Position numbers and translations under genes: made by a program. This document shows, piece after piece, positions 1 to 10,059 of a DNA stretch of 64,000 bases (position 1 is the first letter of the stretch; each line of letters starts with the position of its first letter). The notes under the pieces are model-generated. The model did no database searches. It was not told the DNA's origin and saw nothing but the letters and a program-made list of their open reading frames with translations. This DNA is from Puniceicoccales bacterium. Lineage in GTDB: Bacteria > Verrucomicrobiota > Verrucomicrobiia > Opitutales > JAIRLM01. The stretch lies in the NCBI GenBank assembly GCA_031268795.1, contig JAIRWT010000014.1, positions 29,383 through 93,382 of the forward strand, in the 5' to 3' direction.

Positions 1-311
1 CGGATCCGTTCGCTCTATGGCATGGGCGCGGAAGTACGTGTCGATTTTTTCCTGCTGTGATGGGTTTCCGGATGGGTTTTGTTGCGGGCGATGGTTGGAG
101 GATTTTCCACCGTTTATGCATGGCGCCGTATCAAAAATATGGGCGCGAGAGTTATGGTCATTCATATGTGGCATTAGCCGTGGAAGTATTTGCAAGCGCG
201 CAATGTGGGTTAAGGATGTGATAATTGTGTTGTTTACGCAAATGCATCTTGCAAAAGAAATTCATCCATGTGAAGATCTTTTTCGTGCATCGGAAGAAGC
301 TGAAGGTCCTT

Positions 312-1763
312 ATGGTTGCCTCAGAAGCCGCTCCTTTTGCAAAAGCTGGCGGTCTTGGCGATGCGGTTTCTTCTTTGGCCAACAGCCTTTCCGCCCTGGG
401 CCATGACGTGCGTGTTTTATTGCCACTTTATTCCATCATTCCCCAGGATCTGCGACAAAGCTTCCAGCCATTATCCGGGGCTTTTTCCATCCATCTGCGG
501 CGGGAGCATTGGGCAAGGTTGTGGGAATTCATTTCTTCGGACAATCTACGATATTACTTTCTTGAATATGATCACTTCTTTTTTCGTGATCGACTTTACG
601 ATGGTCCATATGGTGCGTTTGAAGACAACCCACAGCGATTTGCATTTTTATGCCGTGCGGCCATCGATTTGCCAGAATTTCTCCAATGGACACCAGATGT
701 TTACCATGTTCATGATTGGATGGCGGCGCTTGTTCCGGTCTATCTGGAAACTGTGGCCCGGCGTGGGCAGCTGGAGCATGTGGGAAGCGTGCTAACCATA
801 CATAATTTACAGCATCAGGGATACGCCCATCGATCTATAATTGATTACGCGGGACTGCCTTGGGATCTCTGGAGACCGGATAAACTGGAGGCTTGCGGTT
901 GTGTAAATTTTCTCAAGGGCGGCATTTATTTCGCCAATAAACTGACTACGGTTAGCCCAACCTATGCTGAAGAAATCCGTACGGCGGCCCTGGGGTGTGG
1001 TTTGGCGGATGTCTTTAGTTTCCGCGGTGGAGATTTGGTTGGAATCCTCAACGGCATTGATGATAGCCTCTGGAATCCGGCCACGGATCAAACATTACCG
1101 GCGAATTACGATGCGAACGACCTGAACGGTAAAAATCGCTGCAAAGTTGATTTTTGCCGCCAGTGCTTTGGTGATGAAAAAGTAAATGGCCCGCCACTCT
1201 TTGTGGCCGTCTCGCGGTTGTATCCGCAAAAGGGCTTGGATGTGCTGGGAGACATTTTGTCATGGGTTGTCGAAACCATGGACGTGCGATTTGCCATCCT
1301 CGGCTGTGGCGAATGGCAGTTGGAAGAACAATTGGCTTCAATTGCGCGTCGCTTTCCAGATCGCATTTGGTTTTATCGAGGATATGACGAAATATTGGCC
1401 CATCGCATGACCGCCGCCGCGGATTTTTTCGTCATGCCTAGCCGCTTTGAACCCTGTGGGTTGACGCAACTATATTCCATGCGATACGGAACTTTGCCAA
1501 TCGTACGTGCCACGGGAGGCTTGAAGGATAGCGTTGTTTCCAATGCGCAAGGCGTGGAGCATGCGACTGGATTTGTTTTCTATGATTTAACCCACCAGGC
1601 ACTCTACGATGCCATTGGTTGGGCCTGTGCTACCTATTATGACCGACCCGGCGATATGCTAACTATGCGGCAAAATGGCATGCGCAGGGATTTCTCTTGG
1701 AAACAATCCTCCCAGCGATACTTGGATTGCTACCATTGGGCCATGGAAAAGAAGGCGAATTGA
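312..1763 (+). CDS. glgA: Glycogen synthase (ADP-glucose type)
   Basis: Lies in ORF 225..1763. From the ATG at 312 the product starts MVASEAAPFAKAGGLGDAV, the K-x-G-G-L donor-site motif of GlgA. It also has NGIDDSLWNP and PSRFEPCGLTQLYSMRYGTLPIVRATGGLKDSV. The start is uncertain; a CTG at 300 is in frame. Confidence 0.9.
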   Translation: MVASEAAPFAKAGGLGDAVSSLANSLSALGHDVRVLLPLYSIIPQDLRQSFQPLSGAFSIHLRREHWARLWEFISSDNLRYYFLEYDHFFFRDRLYDGPYGAFEDNPQRFAFLCRAAIDLPEFLQWTPDVYHVHDWMAALVPVYLETVARRGQLEHVGSVLTIHNLQHQGYAHRSIIDYAGLPWDLWRPDKLEACGCVNFLKGGIYFANKLTTVSPTYAEEIRTAALGCGLADVFSFRGGDLVGILNGIDDSLWNPATDQTLPANYDANDLNGKNRCKVDFCRQCFGDEKVNGPPLFVAVSRLYPQKGLDVLGDILSWVVETMDVRFAILGCGEWQLEEQLASIARRFPDRIWFYRGYDEILAHRMTAAADFFVMPSRFEPCGLTQLYSMRYGTLPIVRATGGLKDSVVSNAQGVEHATGFVFYDLTHQALYDAIGWACATYYDRPGDMLTMRQNGMRRDFSWKQSSQRYLDCYHWAMEKKAN

Positions 1764-1797
1764 CTTTGGGGGGCGGAGGACCTAACACCACCGGCAA

Positions 1798-3360
1798 ATG
1801 GGTGGTGAACGTTCCGTGGTTTCCGTTGCCTGGGCGACGGCGTTGTCGCGCGTTGGGGGTCTTTTTAGGGATGTTGTCATATTCGCCATTCTTGGTTTGT
1901 CGCCGTGGAACGGAGCTTTTCTTTTTGCATTTACCGTTCCCAGTCTCTTTCGCCGCCTTTTCGGTGAGGGGGCTCTTACATCGGCGATGATTCCAATTTA
2001 TACAGACATTTTTCAAAAAAGTCCGCCGATGGCCCATCAATTTCTCAATGCCATTCTCGCGCGGCTGGTATTTACGCTTTTAATTGGTATTGGAATTTTC
2101 GCCGTTTTCGCGGCCGGTCTGTGGCCGTTTTTGAACACATTCGGAATGCGTGCCATTGGCCTAACCGTTCTACTTTCCCCATATTTGGTTTGTGCGTGTG
2201 TTGCGGCAATGCTCTGCGGCGCATTGAACGTGGAAAATTCCTTTGGTTGGCCGGCGCTGACGGCGCTTTTTCTCAATGTGTCCATTTTGATTTTTGGGAT
2301 GGGTGGCTTTTTCTTTACGAAAGACCAACCACTACAATGCACATTGCTGCTATGCGCCGGTGTACTCGGTGGCGGCTGGTTGCAGATGTTAATTTCCTGG
2401 AACATGATGCGTCGGCATGGTTGGCGGTGGCACATTGAGCGGCCGCAGACGGAACCCATGCATCGCCTCTGGAAGCTGTTTCTTCCCGCGGTTTTTGGTG
2501 CAGCGGTGGCACAAATTAATACCACGCTTTCCCGTATCTTGGCCTATTGTTTCACCGCCGATGGCATTTCGATGCTCTATCTGTCCAGTCGATTAACGGA
2601 ACTTCCGCTCGGAATTTTTGTTTTTGCCATTACATCGGTCACATTCCCGCGCATGGCAAAGGCGATGGCCGATGAAAATTTCGACATTTTTTCCGCAAAT
2701 TATCGCCGTGCGCAGCGGGGAATACTTATGATTACGATCCCGGCGGCTTTGGGGCTTATCTGCCTGGGGAAGCAAATTTTGCAGTTACTTTTCCAGTGGG
2801 GAAATTTTTCCGGAAATGATATTTGGCGCGTATTTCCGGTGCTCTGCGGCTCGGCGGTTGGCATTCCATTTTATGCGCTAGGGGCCATCGCCATTCGTGC
2901 CTTTCACGCACGGCAAAACATGCAAACGCCTTTGCACATTGGTATTATAAATATGGTGATGAATCTGTTCCTCACCGCATCGTTCCTTATTCATTTTGGC
3001 ATAACGGGGATGGCCGTTGCTAATTCACTATCGGCACTGCTCCAATGGTATTTGTTGGAGCGTTCGCTGAAAAAATTTTTGCGACCATTATCTGCATGTC
3101 GACGGGGGCCATTGCCGGTCATATTTGCATCCGGGGTATTGATGCTGTGGATTTTTGCCATACACTTCCTTTTTGGCCTGCTTCATTGGGCCGACAAAAT
3201 TGTAGCATTCTTGGAAATTTTCACCGACATCACCATTGGTGGGGCAATTTACGTATTAGTCCTTAGGAAAATGCACTTTACTGAAGTGTCGTTACTAGTG
3301 GAATTTTTGGCAATTTTCCAAAGGAAGTATCCGGACAGGTGCACGGATAAGCACATTTGA
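1798..3360 (+). CDS. murJ: Lipid II flippase MurJ/MviN
   Basis: 520-aa polytopic membrane protein. The N-terminus TALSRVGGLFRDVVIFAILG...AFLFAFTVPSLFRRLFGEGALTSAMIPIY matches the conserved MurJ N-terminal block. Confidence 0.85.
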   Translation: MGGERSVVSVAWATALSRVGGLFRDVVIFAILGLSPWNGAFLFAFTVPSLFRRLFGEGALTSAMIPIYTDIFQKSPPMAHQFLNAILARLVFTLLIGIGIFAVFAAGLWPFLNTFGMRAIGLTVLLSPYLVCACVAAMLCGALNVENSFGWPALTALFLNVSILIFGMGGFFFTKDQPLQCTLLLCAGVLGGGWLQMLISWNMMRRHGWRWHIERPQTEPMHRLWKLFLPAVFGAAVAQINTTLSRILAYCFTADGISMLYLSSRLTELPLGIFVFAITSVTFPRMAKAMADENFDIFSANYRRAQRGILMITIPAALGLICLGKQILQLLFQWGNFSGNDIWRVFPVLCGSAVGIPFYALGAIAIRAFHARQNMQTPLHIGIINMVMNLFLTASFLIHFGITGMAVANSLSALLQWYLLERSLKKFLRPLSACRRGPLPVIFASGVLMLWIFAIHFLFGLLHWADKIVAFLEIFTDITIGGAIYVLVLRKMHFTEVSLLVEFLAIFQRKYPDRCTDKHI

Positions 3361-3427
3361 GTCATTCTGGTTAAAAAAACACAATCGATCTTTACAAGAT
3401 GATCGCAATTTATGAAAGTAAAACGGG

Positions 3428-4309
3428 ATGAGGCGATTACTTCCGGGGTGCGCACTTGTGGCATTAGCTAGTTTTGCGATTTTTATGCCGGCACAGGCGG
3501 AAATTGTGAAATGTGAAAGCGTTGGCGAGGTACTCCAGCAAGTTGGCCGTTTCGGTGTAGATAAGGAAACGCTTACAATTTTTGACGTTAATTCCGTATC
3601 GATCATGCCATCGGATCCACTGTTTCACTTCCGCGCCTATACGGAGAAGCAAAAAGCAATTTACAATCAATGCTTTGCTGAGTCGCTAGCGGATCGAGGA
3701 CTTTTTTTGAGAAATCCGAGCGAGGATAACTACTACACCTACCTTGCTGTTTGGAAATTAATTAAAAAATCCGGCACTCGGTGCGTAAATGAGGGCATTT
3801 TGGCACTCAATCATGATTTCTGCAGAAAAAAAATTCCAACAATTTTTATCAGCGAATCTTTTGATGGACGATTGCTCTCCGGAAATGGGACGCCCGGAAT
3901 TGCCATGTGGCGACGCAAAAATCTAAGGAAAAGGGGTTATCAAATCTATCTTCCAGACGGGGTTAAAGACGGCACAATACGCTATCTTGAAGTCCCAAAA
4001 AATGAACTTCCCTATGAAAATTTGATGCCCTGCATCATTGATGAAGGGGTAATTAGTGCGAATCTGGTAAAAAAATCCGTCTGCCTAAAAGCATTTCTTG
4101 GCGATAAGAAATTTAAGGTGCGACGAATGGTTTTGATTGATGATAATGAGGAAGCGCTTGCAGACTTTGCAAAATTCTGTGAACGGGAGAATATTGTTTT
4201 TTTAGGGATTCATTACACGGAGGGGCTCATTTATACGTACACCCTGTCTAACGGAAAATTCCGGGGTGCATGGATGGCGCTATTTCGAAAAATCCATTTC
4301 CCCGAGTAA
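3428..4309 (+). CDS. Secreted HAD-fold-like protein (DUF2608-like by recollection), with a degenerate motif I
   Basis: Signal-peptide-like N-terminus MRRLLPGCALVALASFAIFMPAQAE. It aligns by eye with the ORF at 49888..50751: LTIFDVNSVSIMPSDP vs WVIYDIDMTLTKPENP, and MVLIDDNEEAL vs VMVDDRRHNL. The nucleophile motif DxDxT is replaced here by DVNSV. Confidence 0.5.
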   Translation: MRRLLPGCALVALASFAIFMPAQAEIVKCESVGEVLQQVGRFGVDKETLTIFDVNSVSIMPSDPLFHFRAYTEKQKAIYNQCFAESLADRGLFLRNPSEDNYYTYLAVWKLIKKSGTRCVNEGILALNHDFCRKKIPTIFISESFDGRLLSGNGTPGIAMWRRKNLRKRGYQIYLPDGVKDGTIRYLEVPKNELPYENLMPCIIDEGVISANLVKKSVCLKAFLGDKKFKVRRMVLIDDNEEALADFAKFCERENIVFLGIHYTEGLIYTYTLSNGKFRGAWMALFRKIHFPE

Positions 4310-4794
4310 TGTGGTTTACTTACATGTGTTGGATCCACCATACGGTTTTAATCTTTTTCCTCGCCGCTGCTGCTAGCCGGGACTATAAAAATGGCTACAT
4401 CCCGGATGCCATCAACTACGGAGGTATCGCTGTCGGATTGTTGCTTGCTGGCCTTTCATCGGCCAATGGTCTCGGAAATGCCATTCGAAGCTTGCTATTT
4501 GTTTCCGGAGGAATGTTTTGGCTGGCAATGGTCTTCGAATCCCTAACCCGTCGGGATGGAATGGGTTTTGGGGACATTAAACTTTCCGGCATTCTGGGAA
4601 CATTCCTAGGAGTCAAAGGCAGCATTCGCGTTATCTCCTATGCTGCATGGATAGCCATATTACATGAAATTTTCAAAAAAAAGTCCACCCGTTGCCGCCA
4701 AATTCCATTTGCCCCTCATATTTTTTACGGAGCGATAATCCATGAGATTTACTCGATATTTGTGCAATTTGCAAAAATTTCAGGAAATTTTTAA
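4309..4794 (+). CDS. Short type IV prepilin-like peptidase (A24 aspartic peptidase, CpaA/TadV-like)
   Basis: Polytopic membrane protein with two Asp motifs: ASRDYKNGYIPD, and GMGFGDIKLSGILGTFLG (the GxGDxKL signature of A24 peptidases). The ATG at 4309 overlaps the upstream stop codon (TAATG). The longer ORF begins at 4270. Confidence 0.65.
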   Translation: MWFTYMCWIHHTVLIFFLAAAASRDYKNGYIPDAINYGGIAVGLLLAGLSSANGLGNAIRSLLFVSGGMFWLAMVFESLTRRDGMGFGDIKLSGILGTFLGVKGSIRVISYAAWIAILHEIFKKKSTRCRQIPFAPHIFYGAIIHEIYSIFVQFAKISGNF

Positions 4795-4809
4795 AATTCC
4801 GGGGTAGTG

Positions 4810-4862
4810 AAACACCACAAACATAGTAATTGCCAACACGATGCTCTCCATTTGTGGTGTTT
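4810..4862. other. Perfect 12-bp inverted repeat (stem-loop) in the peptidase-permease intergenic region
   Basis: aaacaccacaaa (4810-4821) is the exact reverse complement of tttgtggtgttt (4851-4862), with a 29-nt loop. No U-tract follows. Function is unknown: possibly a terminator or a leader element of the downstream permease. Confidence 0.5.
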
Positions 4863-4993
4863 GGCAGAGAGTAAATCTAGCGCATGAATTCTATCGAAAA
4901 TCATTGCCGCCTTTAATTTTTGGAAATTGCTGGATATGCTGAATGCAATGTTTCTTGATCTCAAAAAAAAATCCACTACCACCAACGTGAGCC

Positions 4994-7482
<2,489 letters not shown>

Positions 7483-7643
7483 TCAAAGTCAAAGATTTTT
7501 GCCCATACTCCAAAGACGGCACGAAATCGATGGCCAACCACTCGAACTCAAGATGCACAAAATAATCCACTTCCATACGGAAGGTTAAAAAAAATCAAAG
7601 AGCGTTTGAAACCCTTTGATATGTCTTGCACCACATTTTACGA

Positions 7644-8612
7644 TTACCGAGGAAATCCCCGGAAAAAATCATCATCACCCTCTTGCCCGAAAAATTGTTT
7701 AAATATATCCGCCGGCGCCCACCCGCCCATATTGTGTTGGGCGCGCGGCTTGGCGTCGCTTCTCCGTTCGTTGTCGTATCCAGTGCGGGTTTGTTGATTT
7801 GACAACACCCTATAGGCTTCATTTAATTTTTGAAATTTTTCGGTCGACTCTGGACTATTATTGTTTTTATCAGGGTGCAACAACATTGCACGTTGACGGT
7901 AAGCCGCTTTAATTTCGGCCGATGTGGCAGTTGGGCTTACTCCGAGAATTGCATAGAGATCTTCCCCATTATGTTCATTCGGAGTGTCAACGGACGCAAA
8001 TCCATTATTATACGCGTTAGAATAAACCCGCTGAGAATAAGCATGTCCAAAAACACATCTTAGAATATCCGCTAAATTATTGGGTATCCCGTTAAAGGGG
8101 CGTGGGCCTGGCCCGGCGCCATTTTGACTGCATGCTTCCGGATTAGGATTAGGGACAGCACTACCACGTGGCGACCCGTACGCGCTTCCTGGCATTTCAT
8201 TCGGATTCGCATGAGAAGGACGATTGCCATTCGTCCGTTGTTCCCGATATTGGTGCTCGGCGGACCTGCCAGCTTGTCGTTCCGGCTCCGCCCGTGTTTG
8301 TGGTTCTGGTTGCGCATCCGATGCCGGCAGATCTACTGGTACCTCAGGGTTTTGATCAGCAGAATTGTCTGAAGGTGTTATTCGTGTTCTCAAGTAACAA
8401 TAAAGCATGAATACCAACGCGCAAATTGCAGAGGCAACAGCGGTTGCTACCTTAATAATCGATGCCAATGATGGCGCAATTTGCGTTTGCACTCTATCAC
8501 CGGGATGCGCGGTTACGCCCGCACCCGATCCAGGCATAGACTCTCCATCCGGCTCACGAACATCACCCACGCCAGCAGCTCCCTTTGGGACTCTTTGACT
8601 GTGAAATCTCAT
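7644..8612 (-). CDS. Membrane-anchored J-domain (DnaJ-like) protein
   Basis: C-terminal J domain EDLYAILGVSPTATSAEIKAAYRQRAMLLHPDKNNN...FQKLNEAYRVLS with the HPD tripeptide. One N-terminal hydrophobic segment, SLASIIKVATAVASAICALVFMLYCYL. A P/N/G/A-rich low-complexity linker. No DnaJ Zn-finger or C-terminal domains. Confidence 0.8.
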   Translation of the reverse strand: MRFHSQRVPKGAAGVGDVREPDGESMPGSGAGVTAHPGDRVQTQIAPSLASIIKVATAVASAICALVFMLYCYLRTRITPSDNSADQNPEVPVDLPASDAQPEPQTRAEPERQAGRSAEHQYREQRTNGNRPSHANPNEMPGSAYGSPRGSAVPNPNPEACSQNGAGPGPRPFNGIPNNLADILRCVFGHAYSQRVYSNAYNNGFASVDTPNEHNGEDLYAILGVSPTATSAEIKAAYRQRAMLLHPDKNNNSPESTEKFQKLNEAYRVLSNQQTRTGYDNERRSDAKPRAQHNMGGWAPADIFKQFFGQEGDDDFFRGFPR

Positions 8613-8890
8613 TGAACGCCATGTCGTCTAAAAAAGTCAGGAAGTCAAGAACTTTATGTTAATTTATTTATATCTAGCTCGTAAAAATGCCTTACCATTC
8701 GTAAAATAAATCCTCAAATCCAACCATGGTGTGGAATTGCAAGGTTGAGTCCATTTGCGCATTTTGCAAAAAAGCTTGGGAAAATTCAAAGGGGAAAAAG
8801 GGGCCAACTATTTCTTACAATTATATAATTCGTAGAGACGAAAATCGTAAAAAAACGAATGGCGATCCTGAAGAAATTACCACCCATCGA

Positions 8891-9955
8891 TTAAGTTGTC
8901 GAAATTTTCTTGGCAAATCCCTTTCGAAAATCACTCCGGGAAAAATTAGAAAGATCGTCATATTCAAAAATATCACGATCTAGAATATATTCAAAAATAT
9001 CCTCGATTGTTAAAACTCCGATCGGCTTACCGTCCTTCCCTCGAATGAGGGAAATTTGCTGAAACCGTTGCAGAAGGATCTCTAGGGCGCCGGAAATTTT
9101 CGTATCCCAGGAGATGGTAATCATTTCTCGCACAAATTCTGAGACTATCGCCTGGTGCTTGTCTGCGGCGAGGGCTTGGAGTAAATCTCGACGGCGAACG
9201 ATGCCAATAAAATTGAATGGCTCCTTCTCGTAGACGGGGATGCGCCCGTACGGAATCTCCGGGTATTGGTGAAAAATTTCAGCAACGGTCTTTGCGGCAT
9301 CCAAAGAAAAAATTGGCTTTTGTGCAATGGTTTCCACGGCTACATCATCCAAGGTGAGCGTTTGTTCCAACATGGTCCCTTCCACGGACGTCAAAACTCC
9401 ATCGGCAACCCCGCGCTTAGCCGTTAGAATAAGCGCCTCATCGGAAAAGTCTTCATTCCCATGGGTCCGCGGAATAAATAATCGAACAATTAAAGAACAT
9501 GCCCAGGAAATCGGAAACATGATCCAAACAATGACCCGCATTGGATAGACCGCCCAGCGTAACAATCGGCGCCGGTGGTAAATACCTAGCATCTTGGCAA
9601 GTATGTCAGTAAAAACAAACTCAATGCTAGTAATGATGATAGAACCAGGTAAGACGGAAGCTTCGCCGCAGGCCTTGATGAGCATTGCGCCCAAAAAAAT
9701 GGATATGGTTGATGTGGTTGCCGTGTCGATTCCCAAAAATGCTGCCAACGCGCGTTCGGAATGCTCCCAATAATAGGCGAAAATTTTTCCAAGATGGGGG
9801 TGCTTTTGTTTAAAAATTTCAAGCTCAGATACGGTTGTGCTCACCAGAATACCTTCAAGGAGAGACGCCAGAAAAGAAACGGCCAGCATCACACCACAGG
9901 CAAAAAAAATTGTCCCCATAGATTTTCTATTATCCTCCGGAATAAAGGGGGCCAT
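8891..9955 (-). CDS. CNNM/DUF21 transmembrane domain + CBS-pair protein (CorB/TlyC-like)
   Basis: Four N-terminal hydrophobic helices followed by a CBS-pair-like region (LDDVAVETIAQKPIFSLD ... IGIVRRRDLLQAL ... PIGVLTIEDIFEYIL). No CorC/HlyC C-terminal domain is evident. Confidence 0.7.
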   Translation of the reverse strand: MAPFIPEDNRKSMGTIFFACGVMLAVSFLASLLEGILVSTTVSELEIFKQKHPHLGKIFAYYWEHSERALAAFLGIDTATTSTISIFLGAMLIKACGEASVLPGSIIITSIEFVFTDILAKMLGIYHRRRLLRWAVYPMRVIVWIMFPISWACSLIVRLFIPRTHGNEDFSDEALILTAKRGVADGVLTSVEGTMLEQTLTLDDVAVETIAQKPIFSLDAAKTVAEIFHQYPEIPYGRIPVYEKEPFNFIGIVRRRDLLQALAADKHQAIVSEFVREMITISWDTKISGALEILLQRFQQISLIRGKDGKPIGVLTIEDIFEYILDRDIFEYDDLSNFSRSDFRKGFAKKISTT

Positions 9956-10059
9956 CTTGCGGCAAACGGTGAATTGTCAATTCGATTTCTATACTAAAGC
10001 TTGCCGTCAAATCAAGTTTATGGCCTTTATGAAATTACCAGGAAACTTGACCGTTTGCC

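Noticed and set aside
1-311. ORFs 17..406 (+) and 158..382 (-), plus a minus-strand frame from the ATG at 165 that is open to the left window edge (55 codons, MNDHNSRAHIFDTAPCINGGKSS...).
   Set aside because: The sequences are unrecognisable, and 17..406 overlaps the glgA start. The edge-truncated minus-strand frame might be a real divergent gene, but 55 codons with no motif is not enough to call it.
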